Below are positions 1 to 12,748 of a stretch of DNA of 64,000 bases, in pieces. Under the pieces are notes generated by a model. The model ran no database searches and was not told where the DNA came from. It saw only the letters and a list, made by a program, of their open reading frames with translations. Every line of letters starts with the position of its first letter. Positions within the stretch are counted from its first letter, which is position 1. Made by a program: the position numbers and the translations under genes. Source of the stretch: Xylographa opegraphella (lineage: Eukaryota); NCBI GenBank assembly GCA_022813865.1, contig JALDZX010000002.1:248001-312000 (forward strand). Direction: 5' to 3'.

Positions 1-569
<569 letters not shown>

Positions 570-983
570 TCGTGCGATTGTGAGCACGGGATGATCTTTG
601 TATATTTTATGGGACATGAAGTAGCTCGATCTGTTGAGTATCGATTATATATGGAACCGCCCGGCTCCTGCACTGGAACGTTATTGAAAAGTTTACTCTT
701 GGCACCAGAGTCTCAAAATATTTTAGCTGACATAGTGGTAGTCGTAAGGTATTTCTAGGTATAACGACTTTTGAGTTCCATAGCGCGCTCAAAAAATATC
801 TACGATGCTGAGCTTTAGTGGTGATGGTTCAGGACTTCTTGCTTCCTTCACCTCCAATCAAAAACAATGCCTGAAAAGACCAAATTCGCATACACCGTAC
901 TCATACCTCATACCCCATAACTCATCTACCTATCATTTTCTCACTGGCTCCTCCCCAGATAACCATGTTTCATGACCAATCCA

Positions 984-3794
984 TCAACTGGCCGTATCCC
1001 CTACCTCCATATGTTCCAGCCGAATACTGACCGCCTTTCTATGCGCCTCCAATTGCTCTACCTTCGCCAACTGCATCACGGCGCCCCCAACATTCCTCAG
1101 TCCTTGCTTTGTTAGATTTGCACTGGTGATGTGCTTTGTGAATGACGATAGATTCACTCCTGAGTACTGCTTTGCGTATCCGTAGGTCGGCAGCGAGTGG
1201 TTCACCCCAGCAGAGTAATCTCCCACACTCTCGGGTGTCCAGGCGCCGACGAAGACACTGCCCGCGTTCTCGACCAGGTCGACGACTAGTTCCGCATTTT
1301 GCACTTGCAGGATGAGGTGCTCAGGTGCATAATCGTTGCTGTATCGCATTGCTTCCGCGATATCCTTGACGATGAGAGTAACAGAGTGCTCAATGGCACC
1401 ACGAACGATATCGACACGAGGAAGTGCGTTAGCCTGGGTGTGGAGCTCGTCCTCGATGGCTTGAAGTTGGGTGTCGTTGAGATCAACCGCGATAAGCACA
1501 ACCTGGGAGTCAACGCCGTGTTCCGCTTGACTGAGTAGATCAGACGCCACGAATGCCGGGTTGGCACTCCTGTCTGCCACGACAAGAACCTCACTGGGGC
1601 CGGCTGGCATATCGTAGCTAACACCCGCAGTAGTGTCATTAGAAACGAGTATCTTTGCTGCCGTAACAAATTGATTGCCAGGTCCAAGGATTTTATCAAC
1701 CTTGGTGATGCTTTCAGTTCCGTACGCCATGGCTGCAACCGCTTGAGCACCGCCGGCAAGGACAATGCTCTCTGCGCCGACTTTGTGAGCTACGTAGACA
1801 ATTTCGGGAGTAATTGATCCGTCTGCGCGTGGAGGGCTGGCCATGACGATCTTCTTACAGCCAGCCACTTTGGCGGGGACGCCAAGCATCAAGGCGGTTG
1901 ACGGCAGGACCGCAGTACCACCAGGAATGTACAGTCCCACCCGCTCTATTGGCCTTGAAAATCGCGAGCACACAACGCCTGGCATTGTTTCCACCTTTAA
2001 TGGCTTCTCTTCCTTTTGTGCCGAATGAAATTTCCAAATGTTGTCAAAGCTAGTATCGATCGCCTCGATAGTTTCTTGGGACAGTTTCATCATATCTTTA
2101 GGAAATGGTGCTCGAAGAACAGGTGTTTTGAGTGAAATTGCTTTTTCAAATTTATGAGTGTACTCCAGGACTGCTGCATCACCTTCCTTTCTGACCTTTT
2201 CTATGATAGGCTTCACGATGCTCATAATTGAGTCCGTCGATTTCTGTGAAGGCCGTTGTAAGGCTTCGAGCAATATAGCAGATGGAGTATCCGACGTCCT
2301 GTATTTCTTCATTTGGATCCGGCCGTTTTGTAATCCTGCAGAATCCTCTTTACTTTTTGGTACTGACGCGGCCTCTTTCACAGCTTCTTCTTTTTCTTTG
2401 CCATTTGTCACGGGAACTTTTGGGATAGTCGTCTCTTTCGCTCCCGACACTCCATTCACAGTAGTCCGAGAGGCATCGGTAATATTCTCAATACCGAACT
2501 CCTTGGCCCATTTGGGTTTTGCGTCACCTTTTCTTCTGGAGACCTTTAGGCTTTTGAGATCGAGATTGTGCTCTACCTTCTCAAGACTAACTCCAGCAGC
2601 TACACACCTCGCCATTGCAAAGTATAGCAGGTCCGCAGTCTCTGCTGCAATATCGTCGGTGCTCTCAGCCTCACACAGTTCCGCAGCTTCTTCCATGATC
2701 TTTGCTTTCAAGAGTTTTGGATCATTGAATAGCCGGTTGGTGTACGATCCTAGTACGGAAGATCCTTGTCTGGCCACCAAAGTCTGCTCAAGCTTGTTGA
2801 GGCCAGTGAAAGGACCAAAGCAAGTTGAGGTTTTCAAGTGGCAAAATCCTATTGAAGGTCAATTAAGCCAGCAAGCATATCAGCTCAACGACAAACCATC
2901 TCCTTTCTGCCGGACCGTGAAGCGAAGACAATCACCGTCACAATCCCAGCTTATGCTAATCAGCTCTTGTATATCGCCACTGGTTTCTCCTTTGATCCAT
3001 AAGCCAGGTCTTTTCCTACTCTTATAAACTCCTCTGCCCAACTTCAGTGCCGCATGGATACTATCGGTATCACTATATACCAATCCCAGGCACAAGCCAT
3101 GCTCGTTAACCACAACAGTTGGGAAGAGATGATCAGGTCGATCGCTGAGCAGAGATGTAGTAATTAATATTTCTGCTGGTATGAGATCAGGGTACCTGTC
3201 CGGATCTATAGTCAGAGCTGTTGCAGGCACGATTGGTATATGGCCACAGATAACAGCTTTATTGAAGTTGTCACGAGTGTTGTACGGTAAGGAAACATAA
3301 CGAGCAGGAAAGCCGCCCATGAAAGCGTGCTTCCACAAAGTGTCCAACAACTTCCATTCATGAACGTCATGAATGTGAACCCCGACATCAGTATCACCGA
3401 CGACCTCTCTGAGCTCTGTCTTGATTTCCGTAGCTTTCTCATTCGGGTCACCCTCACACGCTTCGTGGTCAAGAGAGACGATCAACCGGCTGAGATCTGA
3501 GAGAAGTCTATCCTCCACAATTGCTTTGAGCTGGTGATAAGCGACGAAAACCTTGGTTGCGCCATTGTTAAGCAATGTAATGATGTCTTCCAAATTGTTG
3601 ATGGCTGTCACATCAACATAGGTAATACAGTCATCGAAATGACGCTGGAGAAATAATGAAACAGTGTCAATGGTTTCCGGTGTAGCGTATGTATGGACAC
3701 GATCCAGATAAGAAATTGTTTTGAAGTCAAGTCCTTTCCGCTGAGCAGTATCAAGGGTTTCGACGTCAATTGAAACAAGAAAATGTTCACCCAT
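984..3794 (-). CDS. HIS4: Trifunctional histidine biosynthesis protein (PR-AMP cyclohydrolase / PR-ATP pyrophosphohydrolase / histidinol dehydrogenase)
   Basis: ATG 3794; one intron 2849..2896 (GTTTGT..AATAG); motifs LWIKGETSGD, DCDGDCL..FCH, KIMEEAAELCEA, ERVGLYIPGGTAVLPS, LSQAEHG, DYSAGVNHSLPT. Confidence 0.96.
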
Positions 3795-4415
3795 GGTAGC
3801 GTGGTGACGGACGAACAGCAGTACAAACAGCAAGATTATGAGAGAAGCACATTCACAGTGTAGAACAGTGTAGAAGCAAAATATTAACCAATCTCAAAAC
3901 ATGAGGTTCTGTTCGGGTGAGTCCAAGCCAAACTCTAATTTATGAACTTCGAAGTTTTCCGATGGAGAAGGTGCACTGGCGGGACTTCCCCGCCGCTATC
4001 TTAAGGTATGCAGTGCCGCCTTGCGCCTCCGCGGACGCTATATTAGCGCTCAATTCAACCATATTCGAACAAAGGCACAGAAGGTAGGTTTGGTAGTACG
4101 CATAGTTACCTCGTGGTCAGGTACAACGGCACCAGAAAGCTGAGTTCGACATCTGCTGAGTGGTAACATATCTACCAAGCAAGCAAAGCACTCAGTCTTT
4201 TCGAGATCAATCTCGGTGGAGCGGAAAGTAGAAACGACTCTTACTATCGTTCTCAATACCAGTTAATAAAATAAAGAGAAATATACTCTGGTAGCTACGG
4301 TCATCCTCCGAAGAGCAAAACATTGCACCATAAGAAATTTCGTCAGCACTTTACTTTTGGTCGAAAGGCAGCCCAGCCGGCTACCATAGCTTAGCCTTGA
4401 GTCTACCGGAACACA

Positions 4416-4727
4416 ATGTCTGCCGGCTCATCACCCAGTGCCGATTCAACAGACGCCCCTAAATCACCCGGCAAACCCCGCTTGACTGAGGAAGAGAAGA
4501 AACAGAACCACATAGCTTCAGAGCAGAAGAGGCGGGCGGCTATACGTGCGCAGTTCGATAGGCTAGCGGAGCTGACGCCTGGCATGGCTGGACTTGGAAG
4601 AAGTGAGGGCGTAGTCCTGAGCAAGGTCGTGGAATTTGCAAGGGAACAAGTCCAAGAACGAAAGAAATTGATTGCCGAAATCGAGAAGAAAGGAGGGGTG
4701 GTAGCAATGGAGGACAAAGTCTTCTGA
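4416..4727 (+). CDS. Small bHLH transcription factor, Ino4-like
   Basis: Basic region KKQNHIASEQKRRAAIR, helix-loop-helix FDRLAELTPGM..RSEGVVL; divergent from HIS4. Confidence 0.8.
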   Translation: MSAGSSPSADSTDAPKSPGKPRLTEEEKKQNHIASEQKRRAAIRAQFDRLAELTPGMAGLGRSEGVVLSKVVEFAREQVQERKKLIAEIEKKGGVVAMEDKVF

Positions 4728-5049
4728 AAGGCAAGCCCTACGACATGATATCCCACGCAATGGAGAACGACTTGTTGTCCTATGAGTGGCCAAGGGCGCC
4801 TCTTGTCGCTGGTTTGATGAATAATTTCAGTTCAGTTTACTGAGTGGCCCCCGACAATGAACTCGGCACTACAACGTCAGATGTTGATGTTGAATCCGAT
4901 TTCACAATTCTACGTGGTACTTCCAAAAGCTTCCAAGCCGGCCTAAGCTGTCTGTGTTAGTGGTTTTCTTGGCGCTGCTTTGATTGCAATTTACAACTCA
5001 ACAGTTTTATCGAGCAGCTCTGGTCTCTCTTTTCGCTCCGACCATCAAT

Positions 5050-5935
5050 ATGGAAGCAAAGCAAGAACCATCACCTGTTAGTATTATCACTACTACGCGA
5101 CTCCTCTTTTACCTATATTTATGCTGACAGAACCACAGGCCATAGCTTCCAAGCGAGATTACGAAACGAGTCAAGCTGAAGACAACGCTCTTTCGCTGAT
5201 TTCCAGTTACACGCCAGAAACTGAGATCGAGAAGTATTTGGCAAAGAGAGTGTAAGAATGACTGAGCCATAAAGTGCCCAACGCTGCTAATTCCACTACT
5301 AGGGAAATGCTTGATATCAAGTGTTAGTCACGATCATCGTTGGACCGGAAAAGAAATCATACGCAATACACAAAGGACTATTGTGCACGTACTCTCAATA
5401 CTTCAAAGCAGCCCTGTCCAATGACTGTATTGAGTCAAAGGCTTTGACATTTCGCCTTGATGAAGAGCTTCCAAAAACCTTTGATCATTTTGTGTACTGG
5501 CTGTATACTCAGCAGGTCGTTCCCAAAGGTGAATCCTTGGAAGAGATGACCTGGATATCGCTCGCTCAGCTTTACGTCCTTGCCGATCGACGGACCTGCC
5601 TCGCACTTAAGAATGATGTGATGGATTCATTGGTAACAAAGGTTGTGAAAGGCAACGGTACCATCAATCTTGACACTATTGTCTACATATGGAAGAATAC
5701 CCTGGCATCATCGAAGCTCAGGCAGTTCGCTATAGATTGTCAGGCTTATTGTGGACAACTTGCCGAATTTGCTGAGTGTCCCAAAAATCGCAGTAAGCTG
5801 CCAGTGGACTATGTTTTCGAATTGTTAAAGAAGTATTATCAGCTTACAGAGAAACGATACAACCCTATCGCGGCATTTGAGAAGCCGGGATTCGGCAAAT
5901 ATTATCACGAGCTCGTCAAGTATCCAGATTGGTAA
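5050..5935 (+). CDS. BTB/POZ domain protein (5' exons tentative; possible 1-nt frameshift)
   Basis: VTIIVGPEKKSYAIHKGLLC..SQYFKAAL..FDHFVYWLY..LAQLYVLADR is the typical fungal BTB pattern; upstream exons inferred from GTTAGT/GTAAGA donors. Confidence 0.8.
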
Positions 5936-6008
5936 TACCCGGATCTCAGATGTCCAGTATGAAATCACATCTCAATACACAAAGCTTAGCCGGAAGGAAT
6001 TAAGGTGC

Positions 6009-6879
6009 TCAAGCTTCTTCGTCGTCCTCAAAGGCTGTAAATTCTTCATCTATTGCCTCATCCAGCACTTTCTCAATCAACCTCAACGTAACTCTCAACG
6101 GCAGCCCCACCACATTATCAAAACTCCCTTCGATCTTCTCTACAAGTATCGCCCCAATACCCTGTATACCATATCCCCCCGCCTTATCCGCCCCCTCCCT
6201 GGTCTTCACATAAGCCACGATCATATCGTCCGTAACCTCCTTATCGAATCGCACCGTCGTCTCCTCCACGCTCGTCTGCAGCGCATACCCTGGATCCTGT
6301 GCGCTTTCCAACGGTGCCATCACCACCACAGCCGTAAATACCTTGTGCGCACCGGTATCCCGCAAACTCTTCAACATGGCGATATGCTGTACCTCGGACC
6401 GTGGCTTCTCGAGGATCTGTCCCAGCAGCGTTACGACAACCGTATCGGCAGCGATTATCAGCGCCGGCTCGCCGAGTCTGGTGTTGTTGAGTTCGGCGGC
6501 ATAGATGGTGGTGGCTTTCTGGGTGGCGGTCTGCAAGACGTATTCAAACGGTGAGAGGGATTTAGGGAACGCTTCGGGGACAGTGGAGGGGATGACTTCG
6601 AGGTTCGTGAGGCCGATCTGGATGTCGTTTGTCAGGAAGAGCTCTCATTCGTGCAAAGAAACTTTGTCTCCAACATACCTGGGCAAGCAATTGCTTCCGC
6701 CGCGGCGACGCTGAAGCCAGGATGACCCGCTTGCCGCGCAGTGCATTGAGCACGGGTAGGTCGAGAGGGAGAGGGGCTCGTAGTGGGAGGGTCCTCGCTG
6801 GAGCAGCGATCGGTTTTGCCGCCACTTCATATGAAGGTGGGGCCTCGTCTGGCGGACCGGCCTGCTTAGTATCTGACAT
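6009..6879 (-). CDS. Maf-family nucleoside triphosphate pyrophosphatase (YhdE/ASMTL-type)
   Basis: VILASASPRRKQLL, IIAADTVV, ILEKP, DKAGGYGIQG, NVVGLP; intron 6618..6678. Confidence 0.92.
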
Positions 6880-8936
6880 TTCTACACGTTGAGTCGAGAT
6901 GATAGGACGTGCAACGATTCGTTTTCGATATTAGGGTTCTACGCGGCGCTATACGTCTTGGCAGGGGTATTCTGGAGGAAACTGGTGAGTAACGAATGGG
7001 TTCGAGGATGCGAGATTGGTCAAATAGAACGGTCCGGTCACTCGAAAATAATCACAGTTTGAAGCTATGAGCCAATTCAGTTAATGGGCACATGAGGTAA
7101 TGCTCAGTGTTACCATCAGCTTGAGATGCGTTTGGGAGACCTTCTATACGCTGGACCCAAAATATTATGCTTTATCTTCGAAGTGATAGCTCAACGTCTC
7201 AAAGTTGTTTCGCACTGAGCCCCTGATCACAAGTGCCTCATACTCAATTTATAGATCTTGACAACGTCAATTCTATTTGGATCGAGCTCTCCCGCGCTGG
7301 GTTGTCTATTGATCACGGATCTTATAACTGGTCCTCCGCTACATACTTGGTCTCGAACGGGCGTTCTGCTTTGTGGTGTGATTCGCCAGATGACGCTGTT
7401 TACCCTGCAAGATATTAATCAGCGTCTCTCAATATATGCGGAACTGTGCTACGCGCGTTGAGCCAATCTACGATTGCTGAGTGGCATGTCACCCCGATTC
7501 TATACAGAATAGGTGTCAGTGACTCATTTTTAAGTCCAATCACCATATTGCTTGATGGACATCCCAAACGACTGTCTTGGCTTGCTACTTTAATATGGCC
7601 TGAAAGCCGGCGCCGAATGGGATGTGATTGTAGAGGAATTTAAAGAGCATATCACTCTCCTCTTTTTTATAGTTAGCTATGTATCGGGTGACTGGATTTG
7701 TTGTCAGTATCTTCAAGGTATATCTCAGCCACTTCTACAAGAGCAAAGAGTTGCTCGTCCGATTAAACTATCTCTGATAAGATTACTGTCTTACATTCAT
7801 CACCTCGGCATTTCTTCTTTAGTATTTTGCACTTGAGAGGTCACAATGGTATGGCCGGCTGACAATGGCTGTTCGTACTCGAGGGTTCCTTGACTGCTTT
7901 GATCTGTATTATATTATGTCAGACTATATCTTCAGTCCTGACTTTACAGACCGACACTGTCAAGGGTCTACCTGCCGCCGTCGCCAACACAGACAGCGAG
8001 TACATTTTGGGGCAGAAATGGATGGTTTTTAGAACGTGAAGAGGTACCCTCGGCCATTGCCCTGTTTTGAAACATCAGTTCACACTTCGCCTCCGGGTCA
8101 TCATGGTCAGTCGAATACTCCAGGGTGATCCCACTAAAGGCGACATTCACAATAGGTAAGCATTTTTACCGCTCTCAACTCCGCTCTCAAACACTACTAA
8201 TGCCCCGTAGATGAGCTGTCACTCCCCGTCTCCTATCGTCCAACGTCAGTTCGCCTCCATTTCCCTAACTCCACCATCCATGCTGATACACTTTGCTCTT
8301 GAACTTATAGTACCGCTAACTCTCCACTCTATCGCACAGGCAACAAAGCCCTGCTCGGCCTCGGGACTTACAACGTGGTATTGATCATCTCCATGAAGGT
8401 ATAGCGGAACGCTACCCCGGAGAAAAATTGGAGTGCTATGAGCGAGAGAGAAGCCGGTGCATCTGTCTACAATAACAGAAGAGGGAATTGAAAGATAAGC
8501 TATGCTACTTTGTCCTCCGAGAAGTACGGTATCAGGGTGCTTTTCGACGTCGAGACCAGGTCTGATTTCCGGTTTGCGCATTAGGGAATACGCGTGGCAA
8601 CGCTGGGTCCGTAAAGGTCGGCGAAGAGCTCATGACGAGTAGAGGTTAGAACGTAGGGAAGGTTGGGATCTGCATTGACTCGCGAAGTTGTGGGACTGAG
8701 TGTCATGGTCTTTAGGTGATCGGCAGAACAAGACAGAAACAAAGTACTCTATGAACGCAGCCTTACCGCTCAAATATGTTCAATCCATAAGCTGTAGTTT
8801 TCTTTCGCGCTTGAGCTGTATGAAACTGCACGAAATTCAACAATGAGTAGCGGAAGGGGGTGGTGCGGTCGTATCATCGTCCCTAAATGATCAGAAGATT
8901 TGACATTCATGAATACTGGGAGGCCTCCAGTACATC

Positions 8937-9055
8937 ACATACGACCATAGACTCAAGAGAACTGGCTATCCCGTCCGCTCTGGCATACATAAGCTTGAGA
9001 TCGGCTGATTAGTAGTTGGGTGGGTGACCACCAGCGAATCCCAGCTGTTGTATGT
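8937..9055 (+). rRNA. Dispersed 5S rRNA gene
   Basis: 119 nt ACATACGACCATAG..CCCGTCCGCTC..TTAGTAGTTGGGTGGGTGACCACCAGCGAATCCCAGCTGTTGTATGT; ends pair, CTCAAG/CTTGAG helix, followed by T runs. Confidence 0.97.
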
Positions 9056-9066
9056 TTTTGTTTTTT
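9055..9066 (+). terminator. RNA polymerase III oligo(T) terminator of the 5S gene
   Basis: TTTTTGTTTTTT directly at the 5S 3' end. Confidence 0.8.
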
Positions 9067-10824
9067 ATGCTCCTCGGGACCTCGTTTGCATGACGGAGGA
9101 AGCGCTCTCTCTTTCTCCGTAAGAATTTTCGAGAGAGAGAAGTATAGTATAAAAAACCACAAGGTGAATGTGGGAGATCTCGTTATGGTCAAACTCTGGG
9201 CGTTGTAAGTGATTGTCTAGGTTGCTAAGCAGATCCACCGTGCTGGCTGATCATTTGAAATTGATCAAATACCAGCATATTTGAGACAGTTTCTTGGTTC
9301 GATGCAATTTCAATCTTGAGAGTTATTACTAAAAGTATTCGAGATTGCTCGGGTCCGACATGAACGGATCGGTCCAACTGCAACTGACCATGCTAAGGCA
9401 GCACTGACTTGGCTGACCCAGTTTTTATTGCAACTTCCTTCGTACACTATCACGACCACTACCTGAATCGCTGCCGTGACCTCAGCAGCTAAGCTTCTTT
9501 GACCCATTCATCACGCGTGTGCGAAATGGCTGGTATTGTATATCCTCGCGCCCCTCCGAATGGCCCAGAACCACTGCGCCATCTCCATATTCCTGTGGGG
9601 TGTCATCCACCAACCACCGCTCCGGCGGTAAGAAGTTGACCGCGACACACCGGTAGTGGATACGATGCGCAGACCATATTGTTTTCCAAAATTGCTCCCA
9701 TAAGCATTCTATGCACCGTCAGTAATGCTGTTCATATTCAGCTCGCGAGATTCAATGCGGACGATATGGCCCAGGCACTGGAGAATATAGAACCGGGCTC
9801 TGTTCTCGCAGGTTATCACTAATCATTGAGGATCCAGGCGACCAGCGCGGTCCAATAGGGTGTGCGCTTGTTTATTGGGGAAAGTAGGCCCATTGGATGT
9901 TGGTGCTACGTGACTCCACAGCCGAAGAGATCTCCGTATTGCCAGGCATATGGAGTTGAAGTGCTAAGCATGAAGCAGACCTTAATTTCTCCGGTCCTTG
10001 ACCTTGGTGGGCTATCTTGAGGTGCCTAGACATTGGAACTTGATTCACAGAAATAATCCTCGGAACGTAGGTAGTTTGTGTTGTGCCTGTGTATCTTCAG
10101 GGTCGCATCTTCTGCATGTTTCACTCTGGCGCTGTCCTACTCAACAGCTACCTAGGTACCTTACCTTAGGTATCTTTCTTTATCTGATCTATATTTGTCA
10201 GCGCTTCAAGCGTGCTGTTGCAGCACGCGCTGCTGGCCAGCAAGAAGTTTGAAGACCCAATATGTTCCGTCAACCAAATACGGATACCAGCACCCGAATT
10301 TTTGGTATCTCGCCTTTGTTTCTGCTGTCCAGGCCGTGCACGTGTTGCAGCGTGATGAATGGCTGTGGATGGTTGGCGCTGGTGGCTGCAGCCGCCGTCG
10401 GCCAAGGCCCAGCTTGTTCCGGGGAAGAGCCGCATTTCAGCCTTGGCCCGACAATTGGGCGGAACGACGCCGTTTCAAAATAGACGAAACAGCGACATCG
10501 ACTCTGTCAAAATATACACGAGACTACTGTTTCTACAGCGGTGGTGGGATATGAGTGACCCTCAAGTATTTAAGGACGGTCATGTACCGACCTTGCAGTT
10601 CTCTTTTTTCCCTACATCAGCAACAACATCATCTCTCATCTCATCTGCTCTTTTTTGCATTGTCCTTGCATTACAGCGGCGTTGTATTTCCTTGAGACAC
10701 TCTTTTTTCCGTTCTCGATCGGGAACACACGGTCATTCAATCGGTTTTCTATCAGTTCACTGTCTAGCGTTCATATCGCACCGCGATCTTTACACCTCCA
10801 CTGTCTTTATACGTATTCACAAGC

Positions 10825-11504
10825 ATGGCCGGCCCAGACTACGGTGCCCTTGGGGTGACCTTGAAAAGTGTCCGGATTCTGCAATCACTCTCATTGATCG
10901 CCATCATTGGCATGACCGCGAACTTCATCTCAATGATCGTCTCCGACAGCCAAACACCACCGAGCGTCCTTGTCGGCACCCTCAGTGTGGTAAGCACACT
11001 CAATCCATTGTGTCCGAACATCTCTAACTTGCTGCTTGAAGACTTGCATAGGAGTCATCTACTGCGTCATCACGTTCATCCTCTTCCTTGACAACCTCCT
11101 TCCCTTCTTAATCACCACCATCATCGACAGCCTGCTGCTCATCGCCCTGATTGTCGTCGCCGTCACGGTTGGCGAGCCGCTCTCGTACCTCAACTGCCAA
11201 GCCATCGGCTCCGCGAACGACATGGGTTCCGCATACGACTTCACCATGTCTTTGGGTGACAGCATCAACCAGAACGGAGGGCAAATCAACTACAGCACGT
11301 GGGTGGGCATGACAAAGCCCACGTGTCTAGAGACGAAGTCGATCTGGGGCTTGAGCATCGCTCTTTGGTAAGCGCCCCATGATCACGTGTATTGAACCAT
11401 GGCTGACCGGTTGTTCCAGCGTGCTGTTTGCGTTCTCGTCAATCTGCAGCATGTGTCTCTGGCGCCGCAAGCCCGCCGCTGCTGCGAAGGATGTGGAGGG
11501 ATGA
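10825..11504 (+). CDS. Small four-TM membrane protein, MARVEL-like
   Basis: Three exons (GTAAGC donors near 10990 and 11368); four hydrophobic segments; RILQSLSLIAIIGM start typical of fungal MARVEL proteins. Confidence 0.7.
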
Positions 11505-12748
11505 ACAGGTTTCGTGCCCCTCAACTGTCTTTATGTTTATAGATCTGGAGATGTCGTGGCGGAACCACTTGCCTTTCAGGCATCGCATGTATACGGAGTC
11601 TGGAAAGGGAGGGGGACTAATGACTTCGGGGGCTGCCTGATTAATTAGAGCATCTAGGGCTGAGCCGATAATGACATCGATATTGTATATGCACAGTCGT
11701 TTGTCGTGTTAACTGTGTACCCTAGTCTGAAAATGCAGTGAATCAGTGGCAACATGTCCTCCATATGCGCCTCTCACATGCATCGTACAGAAGTTTGTCA
11801 TTTTGTTACTTTGAACTCTAACCGGTATTTGTGGCTTCCTTTTCTTGACTTGAGACTCGATCCCGAAACGCTTTGGTCTCGGGCTACCTGCCTCATGCGG
11901 TCATGGCAAGATCAAGAGCTTACCTCCAAAAACCAACTCATCTATTTCTGTCGACTTTAATCTTCCTGTTAGCTTCCGTTTTGCTCGGGATGTTTTCAAG
12001 CAAGTGTCTGTAAGATAAAGTGGTAATGATACGCACAGCACTTGACCTAAACAAGCAGCCCGACAGCCATACGCTTGGCTTGAAAGGGTCATTATGAAAT
12101 GGATGCTCAGTCATACGATAAGTCGAAAGCTCATAGCATTAAACTAGAAAATGCGTGTCTCAAAGAGTAGTGCTATGAGCTCCAATACAACGAATGCTCG
12201 TAACATTATAATCAAACACGCGAGTCTGAGAGTGAAGAGAATTGCTATAAGCTCACAGAGTCTGAGCGTGCAACTAAGCAATGAACGAACATAATGACTT
12301 GATGTCGACGACAGTGTGCATTATGGATCACGAACAAAAGGCTCACACGGATCACGAGGTTCTTCAGACGCGGGTACACTAAGCCCACTCCGGGTTAGTG
12401 GTAATACTGACTAACAGACAGGCGAAGTGAGTCGGTCTTGGCTGGATGCTGAGTTAGTAAGCATGCCTGCGCGAATCCGGAACATTCTTGGCATCTCTAT
12501 CACTTGATCCTCCCTGTAGGTGAATATTCGTTGTTTATCACCAACACGACTTTTCATCAGTGATTTCTGTACTAGGTTCTCTGAGATGATATGAAGTGAT
12601 ACCCATGAAATTTTAGATTGTTTTTTTCGGTCGAGCGCGAATAGTGCATCATCATTTTCTGATTATCTGGTGGACCACATCAGTCGGAAATTATTGCGAC
12701 CGAGAACTTCAGGGGCCCATCAGCAACCAACACTCAAAGTTCATCAGG

